A stretch of 64,000 bases of DNA from contig OZ024766.1 of the NCBI GenBank assembly GCA_964016885.1, positions 18,538,001-18,602,000 of the forward strand, read 5' to 3'. Of the stretch, positions 1 through 12,537 are shown piece after piece. Numbering within the stretch: the first letter of the stretch is position 1; every line of letters begins with the position of its first letter. The position numbers and the translations under genes were made by a program. Source of the DNA: Eledone cirrhosa. Taxonomy: Eukaryota. Below the pieces are notes generated by a model. It searched no databases and was not told the origin of the DNA. It worked only from the letters and a program-made list of their open reading frames with translations.

Positions 1-1522
1 GTCTAATGTACAGTACAGTAGTTAGTATTAGTGGCTATCAGACATAGTGTATCTAGGACTACATTATCTAATGTACAGTACAGTAGTTAGTATTAGTGAC
101 TATCAGACATAGTGTATCTAGGACTACATTATCTAATGTACAGTATAGTAGTTAGTATTAGTGGCTATCAGACATAGTGTATCTAGGACTACATTATCTA
201 ATGTACAGTACAGTAGTTAGTATTAGTGGCTATCAGACATAGTATATCTAGGACTACATTATCTAATGTACAGTACAGTAGTTAGTATTAGTGGCTATCA
301 GACATAGTGTATCTAGGACTACATTATCTAATGTACAGTACAGTAGTTAGTATTAGTGGCTATCAGACATAGTGTATCTAGGACTACATTATCTAATGTA
401 CAGTACAGTAGTTAGTATTAGTGGCTATCAGACATAGTATATCTAGGACTACATTATCTAATGTACAGTACAGTAGTTAGTATTAGTGGCTATCAGACAT
501 AGTGTATCTAGGACTACATTATATAATGTACAGTACAGTAGTTAGTATTAGTGGCTATCAGACATAGTGTATCTAGGACTACATTATCTAATGTACAGTA
601 CAGTAGTTAGTATTAGTGGCTATCAGACATAGTGTATCTAGGACTACATTATCTAATGTACAGTACAGTAGTTAGTATTAGTGGCTATCAGACATAGTGC
701 ATCTAGGACTACATTATCTAATGTACAGTACAGTAGTTAGTATTAGTGGCTATCAGACATAGTGTATCTAGGACTACATTATCTAATGTACAGTACAGTA
801 GTTAGTATTAGAGGCTATCAGACATAGTGTATCTAGGACTACATTATCTAATGTACAGTACAGTAGTTAGTATTAGTGGCTATCAGACATAGTGTATCTA
901 GGACTACATTATCTAATGTACAGTACAGTAGTTAGTATTAGTGGCTATCAGACATAGTGTATCTAGGACTACATTATCTAATGTACAGTACAGTAGTTAG
1001 TATTAGAGGCTATCAGACATAGTATATCTAGGACTACATTATCTAATGTACAGTACAGTAGTTAGTATTAGTGGCTATCTGACATATGTATCTAGGACTA
1101 CATTATCTAATGTACAGTACAGTAGTTAGTATTAGTGGCTATCAGACATAGTGTATCTAGGACTACATTATCTAATGTACAGTAGTTAGTATTAGTGGCT
1201 ATCAGACATAGTGTATCTAGGACTACATTATCTAATGTACAGTACAGTAGTTAGTATTAGTGGCTATCAGACATAGTATATCTAGGACTACATTATCTAA
1301 TGTACAGTACAGTAGTTAGTATTATTGGCTATCAGACATAGTATATCTAGGACTACATTATCTAATGTACAGTACAGTAGTTAGTATTATTGGCTATCAG
1401 ACATAGTATATCTAGGACTACATTATCTAATGTACAGTACAGTAGTTAGTATTAGTGGCTATCAGACATAGTATATCTAGGACTACATTATCTAATGTAC
1501 AGTACAGTAGTTAGTATTATTG
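1..1522. repeat. 65-bp tandem minisatellite, about 23 copies (runs off the window start)
   Basis: Unit TCTAATGTACAGTACAGTAGTTAGTATTAGTGGCTATCAGACATAGTGTATCTAGGACTACATTA recurs at 2, 67, 132 and onward. Confidence 0.97.
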
Positions 1523-2053
1523 GGCATAGCTATTGCCGTTGTTCAGCCTTTGACCAGTTCTGTTCCAGCACGTACATTCACACATACATATATACATATA
1601 TATATATACATATATATATATACATATATTACCAATTGTGCCTTACCGTGGAAAACCAACAAAAACCCCAAATATGGGGGTTTCTTTTTTATAAATTTCT
1701 AAATTAATTAAAAAAATATACAAAAAAAAATACAATAAAAACCTGAAAGAATCCTACGCCCTCCTCCTCCACACCCAGTTCCCTTATTTATGGTTGTGAT
1801 CTCCCCTTCCTGGGTCCCTCAACTTCTAAAACTTCTCTCTCTATCTTCCTAAACCTTTTTAATAGTTTTGTTGTTTTTTGTATTGGGTTGTCAAGTATGA
1901 AATTTGTAGGAATTTATTGAAAAAAACAATAAATTTCTACAAATTTCATACTTGACACCCTAATAGTTTTTTTTAGGGGTAAAATGTAGTTGTTCCTAGC
2001 GTAAATGAATATAATAATAGTATGTGGGTGTTTTCTTTTCTTATTTGTGTAAA

Positions 2054-3060
2054 AACCTTCGTTAAGTTACGTTCCGAACTCCCCTGGTTCTATAATACAA
2101 AACCTTGTTTGAAAATGTTTATATTTAACAAAAAAAAAAAAACTTCCAAGATAATTTTATGTAAACACCTTTGTTAAGTTACGTTCCGAACTCCCCTGGT
2201 TCTATAATACAAAACCCTGTTTGAAAATGTTTATATTTAACAAAAAAAAAAAAACTTCCAAGATAATTTTATGTAAACACCTTTGTTAAGTTACGTTCCG
2301 AACTCCCCTGCTTCTATAATACAAAACCTTGTTTGAAAATGTTTATATTTAACAAAAAAAAAAAAACTTCCAAGATAATTTTATGTAAACACCTTTGTTA
2401 AGTTACGTTCCGAACTCCCCTGGTTCTATAATACAAAACCCTGTTTGAAAATGTTTATATTTAACAAAAAAAAAAAAACTTCCAAGATAATTTTATGTAA
2501 ACACCTTTGTTAAGTTACGTTCCGAACTCCCCTGCTTCTATAATACAAAACCTTGTTTGAAAATGTTTATATTTAACAAAAAAAAAAAACTTCCAAGATA
2601 ATTTTATGTAAACACCTTTGTTAAGTTACGTTCCGAACTCCCCTGCTTCTATAATACAAAACCTTGTTTGAAAATGTTTATATTTAACAAAAAAAAAAAA
2701 ACTTCCAAGATAATTTTATGTAAACACCTTTGTTAAGTTACGTTCCGAACTCCCCTGCTTCTATAATACAAAACCTTGTTTGAAAATGTTTATATTTAAC
2801 AAAAAAAAAAAAACTTCCAAGATGATTTTATGTAAACACCTTTGTTAAGTTACGTTCCGAACTCCCCTGCTTCTATAATACAAAACCTTGTTTGAAAATG
2901 TTTATATTTAACAAAAAAAAAAAAACTTCCAAGATAATTTTATGTAAACACCTTTGTTAAGTTACGTTCCGAACTCCCCTGCTTCTATAATACAAAACCT
3001 TGTTTGTTTTAAAGTGTTTATATTTATCTATAAAAAAAACCTTCCACCTTAATTTTATGT
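2054..3060. repeat. About 113-bp tandem repeat, about 9 copies
   Basis: AAGTTACGTTCCGAACTCCCCTG...TTAAC(A)nCTTCCAAGATAATTTTATGTAAACACC recurs with a period of about 112-113. Confidence 0.93.
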
Positions 3061-3129
3061 AAAACCCTTTGTTAAGTTATGTTCCAGACACCCCTGTTTC
3101 TTTGATACAAAACTATATTTTAAAGTGTT

Positions 3130-3990
3130 TAACCTTTGTTAAGTTATGTTCCAAAGACCTGGTTCATTGATGCAAATTGTTTGTTTTAAAATGTTTATAT
3201 TTAAAAAAACCTTTGTTAAGTTATGTTCGAAAGACCTCTGGTTCATTGATGCAAATTGTTTGTTTTAAAATGTTTATATTTAAAAAAAACCTTTGTTAAG
3301 TTATGTTCCAAAGGCCTCTGGTTCATTGATGCAAATTGTTTGTTTTAAAATGTTTATAAACCTTTGTTAAGTTATGTTCCAAAGACCTCTGGTTCATTGA
3401 TGCAAATTGTTTGTTTTAAAATGTTTATAAACCTTTGTTAAGTTATGTTCCAAAGACCTCTGGTTCATTTATGCAAATTGTTTGTTTTAAAATGTTTATA
3501 TTTAAAAAAAACCTTTGTTAAGTTATGTTCCAAAGACATCTGGTTCATTGATGCAAATTGTTTGTTTTAAAATGTTTATAAACCTTTGTTAAGTTATGTT
3601 CCAAAGACCTCTGGTTCATTGATGCAAATTGTTTGTTTTAAAATGTTTATAAACCTTTGTTAAGTTATGTTCCAAAGACCTCTGGTTCATTTATGCAAAT
3701 TGTTTGTTTTAAAATGTTTATATTTAAAAAAACCTTTGTTAAGTTATGTTCCTGTTTGTTTTAAAATGTTTATATATATATTTTAAAAAAACCTTTGTTA
3801 AGTTATGTTCCAAAGACCTGGTTCATTTATGCAAATTGTTTGTTTTAAAATGTTTATATATATTTTAAAAAACCTTTAAGTTATGTTCCAAAGACCTCTG
3901 GTTTATTGATGCAAATTAAAAAAAACCTTTGTTAAGTTATGTTCCAAAAATCCTTGGTTCATTGATACAAAACTGTATTTTACCATGTTT
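3130..3990. repeat. Variable 59-70-bp tandem repeat related to the 113-bp array and to 31300-32215
   Basis: Shared core AACCTTTGTTAAGTTATGTTCC...AAATGTTTAT. Confidence 0.85.
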
Positions 3991-4083
3991 TATATTTATC
4001 AAAAATAAACCTTCCATCATAATTTTATGAAAGAGCCTTTGTTAAGTTATGTTCCAAACACCATAGATTGTCTTTCATTTGAA

Positions 4084-4724
4084 ATCATCATCATCATCAT
4101 CATTTCATTTTACGTCCGCTTTTCCCTGCTTGCAAGGGTGGGACGGGACCTGATTCTGGCTTGATTTCTACAGCTGGATGCCCTTCCTAACACCAACCTC
4201 ATTTACAGTGAGTGCTGGGTGCTTTTTTGCCGTGGCACCTACACGACCACTTTACAGTGAGTGCTGGGTGCTTTTTTGCCGTGGCACCTCCACGACCACT
4301 TTACAGTGAGTGCTGGGTGCCTTTTTGCCGTGGCACCTCCACGACCACTTCACAGTGAGGGCTGGGTGCTTTTTTGCCGTGGCACCTCCACGACCACTTT
4401 ACAGTGAGTGCTGGGTGCTTTTTTGCCGTGGCACCTCCACGACCACTTTACAGTGTGGGCTGGGTGCTTTTTTGCTGTGGCACCTCCACGACCACTTTGC
4501 AGTGAGTGCTGGGTGCTTTTTTGCCGTGGCACCTCCACGACCACTTTGCAGTGGAATGATAGGGACTCCAGTCCCTATCATCTCATATCTACAGCTGAGT
4601 CAACTGGAGCAATGTGAAATAAAGTGTCTTGCTCAAGGAAACAACACATCACCCGGTCTGAGAATTGAACTCACAACCTTTCGATTGCAAGGCCAATGCT
4701 CTAACCACTAAGCCATGTGCCTCC
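4084..4724 (-). mobile_element. tRNA-derived SINE with internal 49-bp VNTR (7 units)
   Basis: The minus strand starts GGAGGCACATGGCTTAGTGG (A box)...GAGTTCAATTC (B box), then CCTTGAGCAAGACACTTT, and ends in (GAT)n. The family is dispersed across the window. Confidence 0.85.
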
Positions 4725-5094
4725 TTGAAATATGGTAATGAAAGGATTTAAATTGTTTATATTTATCTAAAAAATTTTCCACCATACTTTTATATAAGAA
4801 CCCGTGTTAAGTTATGTTCCAAACACGACTGATTCATTTATATAAAACTGTTTGTTTTAAAGTGTTTATATTTATCTAAAACACTTCCAAGATAATTATA
4901 TGTAGGAACCTTTGTTAAGTTATGTTCCAGACCCCACTGGTTCATTGATACAAAACTATATTTTAAAGTGTTAAACCTTTGTTAAGTTATGTTCCATTAG
5001 AAATATGGTAACGAAAGGGTTAAAGTGTTTATATTTATCTAAAAACATTCCATCATAATTTTATACAAGAACCTGTGTTAAGTTGTGTTCCAAA

Positions 5095-7130
5095 CACTGG
5101 TACTATATTTTATCAACTCCAGAAGTATGTAAGGTAAAGTTAGTCTTAGTCTATTAAATAAACCCCAGTATGTCACTGGTACTATATTTTATCAACCCGA
5201 GAAGGATGAAAGGTAAAGTTAGTCTTAGTCTATTAAATCAACCCCAGTATGTCACTGGTACTATATTTTATCAACCCGAGAAGGATGAAAGGTAAAGTTA
5301 GTCTTAGTCTATTAAATCTACCCCAGTATGTCACTGGTACTATATTTTATCAACCCCAGAAGTATGAAAGGTAAAGTTAGTCTTAGCCTATTAAATCTAC
5401 CCCAGTATGTCACTGGTACTATATTTTATCAACTCCAGAAGGATGTAAGGTAAAGTTAGTCTTAGTCTATTAAATCAACCCCAGTATGTCACTGGTACTA
5501 TATTTTATCAACCCGAGAAGGATGAAAGGTAAAGTTAGTCTTAGTCTATTAAATCTACCCCAGTATGTCACTGGTACTATATTTTATCAACTCCAGAAGG
5601 ATGTAAGGTAAAGTTAGTCTTAGTCTATTAAATCAACCCCAGTATGTCACTGGTACTATATTTTATCAACCCCAGAAGTATGAAAGGTAAAGTTAGTCTT
5701 AGCCTATTAAATCTACCCCAGTATGTCACTGGTACTATATTTTATCAACTCCAGAAGGATGTAAGGTAAAGTTAGTCTTAGTCTATTAAATCAACCCCAG
5801 TATGTCACAGGTACTATATTTTATCAACCCGAGAAGTATGAAAGGTAAAGTTAGTCTTAGTCTATTAAATCTACCCCAGTATGTCACTGGTACTATATTT
5901 TATCAACCCCAGAAGTATGAAAGGTAAAGTTAGTCTTAGCCTATTAAATCTACCCCAGTATGTCACTGGTACTATATTTTATCAACCCCAGAAGTATGAA
6001 AGGTAAAGTTAGTCTTAGTCTATTAAATCAACCCCAGTATATCACAGGTACTATATTTTATCAACCCCAGAAGTATGAAAGGTAAAGTTAGTCTTAGTCT
6101 ATTAAATCAACCCCAGTATGTCACTGGTACTATATTTTATCAACCCGAGAAGTATGAAAGGTAAAGTTAGTCTATTAAATCTACCCCAGTATGTCACTGG
6201 TACTATATTTTATCAACCCCAGAAGTATGAAAGGTAAAGTTAGTTTTAGTCTATTAAATCTACCCCAGTATATCACAGGTACTATATTTTATCAACCCCA
6301 GAAGGATCAAAGGTAAAGTTAGTCTTAGTCTATTAAATCTACCCCAGTATATCACAGGTACTATATTTTATCAACCCGAGAAGTATGAAAGGTAAAGTTA
6401 GTTTTAGTCTATTAAATCTACCCCAGTATATCACAGGTACTATATTTTATCAACTCCAGAAGGATCAAAGGTAAAGTTAGTCTTAGTCTATTAAATCTAC
6501 CCCAGTATGTCACTGGTACTATATTTTATCAACCCCAGAAGTATGAAAGGTAAAGTTAGTCTTAGCCTATTAAATCTACCCCAGTATGTCACTGGTACTA
6601 TATTTTATCAACCCCAGAAATATGAAAGGTAAAGTTAGTCCTAGTCTATTAAATCTACCTCAGTATGTCACTGGTACTATATTTTATCAACCCCAGAAGT
6701 ATGAAAGGTAAAGTTAGTTTTAGTCTATTAAATCTACCCCAGTATATCACAGGTACTATATTTTATCAACCCCAGAAGGATCAAAGGTAAAGTTAGTTTT
6801 AGTCTATTAAATCTACCCCAGTATATCACAGGTACTATATTTTATCAACTCCAGAAGTATGAAAGGTAAAGTTAGTTTTAGTCTATTAAATCTACCCCAG
6901 TATATCACAGGTACTATATTTTATCAACCCCAGAAGGATCAAAGGTAAAGTTAGTTTTAGTCTATTAAATCTACCCCAGTATATCACAGGTACTATATTT
7001 TATCAACTCCAGAAGGATCAAAGGTAAAGTTAGTTTTAGTCTATTAAATCTACCCCAGTATATCACAGGTACTATATTTTATCAACTCCAGAAGGATCAA
7101 AGGTAAAGTTAGTCTTAGCCTATTAAATCT
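5095..7130. repeat. 79-bp tandem repeat, about 26 copies, derived from a SINE segment
   Basis: Unit CACTGGTACTATATTTTATCAACCCCAGAAGGATGAAAGGTAAAGTTAG... has period 79 (5174, 5253). It resembles dispersed single copies at 25665-25715, 25843-25895 and 63065-63115. Confidence 0.92.
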
Positions 7131-7333
7131 ACATTAACAGCCAGGTTAAAAAGGTAAATACTGGTGTAGATATGAGAAAGTCCTTTCCAAAATAGTGCCC
7201 CAGCATGGCCAGTGTAATAAAACAAGTTTTAAAAAAAATAAATTTAGATTTGCAGGAGTTGAGTAAGGGAGACAATTTCGCAAACAAGACGGTAAATATT
7301 TCAAATTACCTCCCTTTGTCTGAAAAAATTAGC

Positions 7334-7371
<38 letters not shown>

Positions 7372-7403
7372 AGATCAAAAGATGGTTAAAGGAGTTCCAT
7401 ATA

Positions 7404-7470
7404 TTTTATTATGCGCATTTCAAAAACAAACATCATCAAGCAATAATATTTGTGTTTTCATCAGATAAAA
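7404..7470 (-). ncRNA. Minimal type I hammerhead ribozyme motif
   Basis: Reverse complement reads TTTTAT-CTGATGA-stem II-GAAA-TGCGCA-TA-ATAAAA, with stem I paired and stem III palindromic. Confidence 0.75.
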
Positions 7471-8115
7471 CAGGAGAGCATGATATGAAGGCTAAAAAAC
7501 ACTTGTTGATAGTGCAGTTTTAAATCAACATATGAAAAGTGGTTTTAGATTGATGTGTGATATTGGGAAAAATATTTTATTTAGAGAGGGGGGGGGGGGA
7601 AGGATGAAAAGGGAAGGAGATGAGAGGGAGAGATGGGTGATAGAGAGAAAGAGATAGTTTATATAACTGAGAGGAGATATATTTTTTACATAGAGGGGTT
7701 GAAAACCATTGGAAGATACTGTATAAATTAAAAATTTTGAAAATTAACGAAGGGAGGATATGTGCGAGGAAAAAATATTTTATTTAGGGAGGGGGGGGGA
7801 AAGGATGAAATATTTTTTCCTCGCACATATCCTCCCTTCGTTAATTTTCAAAATGTTTAATTTATACAGTATCTTCCAATGGTTTTCAACCCCTCTATGT
7901 AAAAAATATATCTCCTCTCAGTTATAAAAACTATCTCTTTCTCTCTATCACCCATCTCTCCCTCTCATCTCCTTCCCTTTTCATCCTCCCCCCCCCCCTC
8001 TCTAAATAAAATATTTTTCCCAATATCACACATCAATCTAAAACCACTTTTCATATGTTGATTTAAAACTGCACTATCCACAAGTGTTTTTTAGCCTTCA
8101 TATCATGTTCTCCTG

Positions 8116-8182
8116 TTTTATCTGATGAAAACACAAATATTATTGCTTGATGATGTTTGTTTTTGAAATGCGCATAATAAAA
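8116..8182 (+). ncRNA. Minimal type I hammerhead ribozyme motif
   Basis: TTTTAT CTGATGA AAAcACAAATATTATTGCTTGATGATGTTTGTtTTT GAAA TGCGCA TA ATAAAA. Predicted cleavage after 8176 (AUA). Confidence 0.78.
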
Positions 8183-8604
8183 TACATGGAACTCCTTTAA
8201 CCATCTTTTGATCTTATATTATGCATACTCCAGTCCCACAAACTGTAGAGTGCTTCTTATCCGATATCTGCATTGCTTTATTGTACTACAATAAAACTCA
8301 CCTCCTACATATATATACATATATATGTATGTTAGGTAATTCCGAAGGAAAAAAGAGTGCTCTATGTGTAAAACAGAGCTATTTAATTATAAAGTGAACA
8401 CTCAATATAAGTACTCCATCACCAAAGCTTTCTGGATCACATACAATATTAACCATGTGTGTGCGTTTCAACTGTGTTTTAACCATGTGTGTGTAGATAT
8501 ATCTTCTGTCTAGACTAACCGTGTGTGTATATATATATATATATAGCGCTTGAAGAATGGTTACTATTGCTTTCAGGAGGTATGGTAATTTGTGTCTTGG
8601 AACC

Positions 8605-8640
<36 letters not shown>

Positions 8641-8771
8641 GTGAATGTATGTATATTAACGAAGTATGTCTATTTCAACCGTGTGTTGTGTGTGTATATA
8701 TATATATATATGCGTGTGTGTATATATATGTGTAAGGTGGTGTGTGTGCGTGCGTGTATATGTGTCAGGTG

Positions 8772-8814
<43 letters not shown>

Positions 8815-9116
8815 AAGGTTAAACAAGGTTCAATGAATAAATCAAAGAATTAGTTTTACAATAGATTGGAAGCACTCAATATATATATGTGTGTGTGTGT
8901 GTGTAAGGTGGTGTGTATATATATCTATATATACACACCACGTCTGCATCTTTGGTCAGACAGATGTTATAGATAAAAGATATGAAATGAGATTTTATCC
9001 TTAACCTCTGTCTGACGACCATCCCAGACGTATATTATTATCGTCTGTGATCCAGAAACCTTTGGTAATGGAAGAGTTATATTTTGTGGTGTTCACTTTC
9101 TAATTAAATATATATA

Positions 9117-9582
9117 TAAAATAAAGTTAAATAAAAGTCAAATGATTAAAATTTAGCTTCGTTTATTACTGCTATATATATTTCAGTGACAGCCATCTTT
9201 GGCTGTGACCTCTTCATGCAGTTTGAATTAGTATGGTATAGACAAGTACATATGTTGTTTAGGTGTATAATATTGTCAATACTCTGATATGCCCAGTTCC
9301 TTGTTGGGTTGTTATTTCATTGAGGAACTGGAGTCATATGTCTCCAGTTATGACTCCAGATAAGACTCCAGTTCCTCAGTGAATTAACAACCCAACAGGG
9401 AACTGGGCATATCAGAGTATTGACAATATTATACACCTAAACAACATATGTACTTGTCTCTACCACACTAATTCAGACTGCCTGAAGAGGTCACAGCCAA
9501 AGATGGCTGTCACTGAAATATATATAGCAGCAATAAACGAAGCTAAATTTTAATCATTTGACTTTTATTTAACTTTATTTTA
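9117..9582. repeat. Inverted repeat (about 220-bp arms) carrying hammerhead motifs
   Basis: 9117-9336 is the reverse complement of 9360-9582 with scattered mismatches. Confidence 0.93.
9478..9530 (+). ncRNA. Minimal type I hammerhead ribozyme motif (CUGAAGA variant)
   Basis: CTGC CTGAAGA GGTcACAGCCA AAGA TGGCTGTcACT GAAA TATATA TA GCAG. Confidence 0.75.
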
Positions 9583-9710
9583 CACTACTCCGGAGTAACC
9601 AAACCAACCTGTGCACTTCGTCGAGTGCTCCAGCCTGCATACTGAGGTGTTGGTATACAACCAACATATACTCAAAATCTAAATATATATATATATATAT
9701 ATATGTATAG

Positions 9711-10658
9711 TGTATACTGATTAATGTTCAGAGCCATCCTCAGCATTCTCGTGTAGCACCCGTATACACTGAGGATGAAAAACTCAGAGCTGTATCGGAG
9801 CATCCCAAAAGTCAGCTCAAAAGTGACACAGCGGAGACTGAGGTTAGCTGGACATGCTCACCGACATCCAGAGTTGACACTGCACTCAGTGCTCCTGTGG
9901 GAGCCCCTGCATGGACACACTGGAAGAGGGAGACTGAGGTTAGCTGGACATGCTCACCGACATCCAGAGTTGACACTGCACTCAGTGCTCCTGTGGGAGC
10001 CCCTGCATGGACACACTGGACGAGGGAGACTGAGGTTAGCTGGACATGCTCACCGACATCCAGAGTTGACACTGCACTCACTGCTCCTGTGGGAGCCCCT
10101 GCATGGACACACTGGAAGAGGGAGACTGAGGTTAGCTGGACATGCTCACCGACATCCAGAGTTGACACTGCACTCAGTGCTCCTGTGGGAGCCCCTACAT
10201 GGTCACACTGGAAGAGGGAGACTGAGGTTAGCTGGACATGCTCACCGACATCCAGATTTGACACTGCACTCAGTGCTCCTGTGGGAGCCCCTACATGGAC
10301 ACACTGGAAGAGGGAGACTGAGGTTAGCTGGACATGCTCACCGACATCCAGATTTGACACTGCACTCAGTGCTCCTGTGGGAGCCCCTACATGGACACAC
10401 TGGAAGAGGGAGACTGAGGTTAGCTGGACATGCTCACTGACATCCAGAGTTGACACTGCACTCACTGCTCCTGTGGGAGCCCCTACATGGACACACTGGA
10501 AGAGGAAGACCAAGGTTAACATATGTTGATGCCCTAAGGACAGACACTGGTCTGTTGGAGATGCAGGATATGGCAGCGATAATGAGGGACAGAGACCGCT
10601 GGAGAGAACTCGTCCATGGATCTCGGGAATTTTACCCGCCCTAGATAGAGAGAGAGAG
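9711..10658 (+). mobile_element. 5'-truncated RTE-like LINE 3' end with 5' inversion and internal 99-bp tandem expansion
   Basis: Translates as RRLRLAGHAHRHPEL...LWEPLHGHTGRGRPRLTYVD...MRDRDRWR, typical of a non-LTR RT C-terminus, and ends in an AG/AGAT microsatellite tail. 9711-9762 is inverted relative to the copy at 31045-31102. Confidence 0.8.
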
Positions 10659-10944
10659 ACATACATTTTATAAAAAATCTGTTGGACATATACACAAACA
10701 CAATGTCAGTGTGTGTATATATATATATATATATACACACACTTTGTCAAGAATAAAGGATAAAGGTTTTGATATACACACAAACACAAATGTCAGTATA
10801 TATAAATATATATTTAATTATATAGCTATCTGTATAACAGCAGTACATATATACACCAACAAAAATATACACATATACAAATATATACACACAAATAACT
10901 GTATGCGTATTATTAATATATACAAAACATGGAGACACACACAG

Positions 10945-10979
<35 letters not shown>

Positions 10980-11189
10980 ACACTCATACACATATGCATA
11001 AATAGATATATACATACATACACACATATATAGATATATAGATATATACATATATGTATATATACACACACATACATAGATATATAGATACATATATACA
11101 TAGATATATAGATACATACATACATATATACATATATATGTAAATATATATATATATATACACACGTACACATATACAAAGACATATAT

Positions 11190-11523
11190 TCATTTCATTT
11201 AATTTTACGTCCACTTTTCCCTGCTTGCAAGGGTGGGACAGGAACTGATTCTGGCTTGATTTCTACAGCTGGATGCCCTTCCTAACACCAACCTCATTTA
11301 CAGTGTGGGCTGGGTGCTTTTTTGCCGTGGTGTCTCCACGTCCACTTTACAGTGGAATGATAGGGACCCCAGTCCCTATCATCTCATTTCTACAGCTGAG
11401 TAAACTGGAGCGATGTGAAATAAAGTGTCTTGCTCAAGGAAACAACACATCACCCGGTCTGAGAATTGAACTCACAACCTTTCAATTGCAAGGCCAATGC
11501 TCTAACCACTAAGCCATGTGCCT
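11190..11523 (-). mobile_element. tRNA-derived SINE, same family as 4084-4724 (1 VNTR unit)
   Basis: Near-identical head, core and tail. Confidence 0.85.
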
Positions 11524-12042
11524 ATATATACATGGTGGCTGCCAACTCGTTTTCGAGTACGGCCACTACTTTATATCCATGTAGGAGAACCCCTACCGAT
11601 GCGCTGAACGAGTGTGACTTTTTAGTCCAGCCAGTGACTTGAAAACTCTGGTACAAACACTACACTTGTGACAATTATTGACACATAGTGCAGGGCCCAT
11701 GGTACCATGTGACGACAAGTGCAGAGAGATCTCCAGATATAAAGCAATGCCTGTGCCGTGGAGCTTTTATAGTGAGCAAAGGCACTGCACAAAGCCAGTC
11801 CCACTCTCTTAACCAAGATGATATTTACCAAAAAGAAGAACAAGTCAACATCATTGGATACCATCAGGGTTGCAGGTGTTATATCAGAGTTTTCCTTCTC
11901 CTAGAATTCTGCCTTGACAAAGGCTAAGGGGTCATCTCTCCCAGTGATTTTGGATGGCCATTGACTCTTAAGAGCTCTTTTGCCCTTTGACAGGTTTTGT
12001 CAAAGGGCAAAGGAGCTCCCAAGAGTCAATGGCCATCCAAAA

Positions 12043-12506
12043 TATATATATACATATATATATATATACACATACATACATACATATATATATATACATT
12101 CACATACATACATATATATGTATACACACATATATATATACATATACAGACACACACATACACACATACATATATATACACACATACATACATATATACA
12201 TACACACATACATATACTCATACATATATACATAGATATAAATATACATACAAACACATATATATACATACATACACACATATATATATATATACACACA
12301 TACATACTCATACACACATATATATATACATACACACACATATATATATATATACACACCCACATACATACACTCATACAGATTATATATATATATACAT
12401 ACATACATACAAACACATATACATACATACACACATATATATATATACATACATACACATTTATATATATACACAAACACATACATACTCATACACATAT
12501 ATACAT

Positions 12507-12537
<31 letters not shown>

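Larger units (their letters stand above)
7364..8222. repeat. Long near-perfect inverted repeat (about 415-bp arms, 27-bp centre)
   Basis: 7364-7780 is the reverse complement of 7808-8222 with few mismatches. Confidence 0.95.

Noticed and set aside
4310-4711. Recurrent ORFs such as MLGAFLPWHLHDHF and MPFLTPTSFTV
   Set aside because: They are translations of the SINE and its 49-bp VNTR.
4640-4724. tRNA gene
   Set aside because: This is the tRNA-like A/B-box head of a multi-copy SINE, and no complete cloverleaf is evident.
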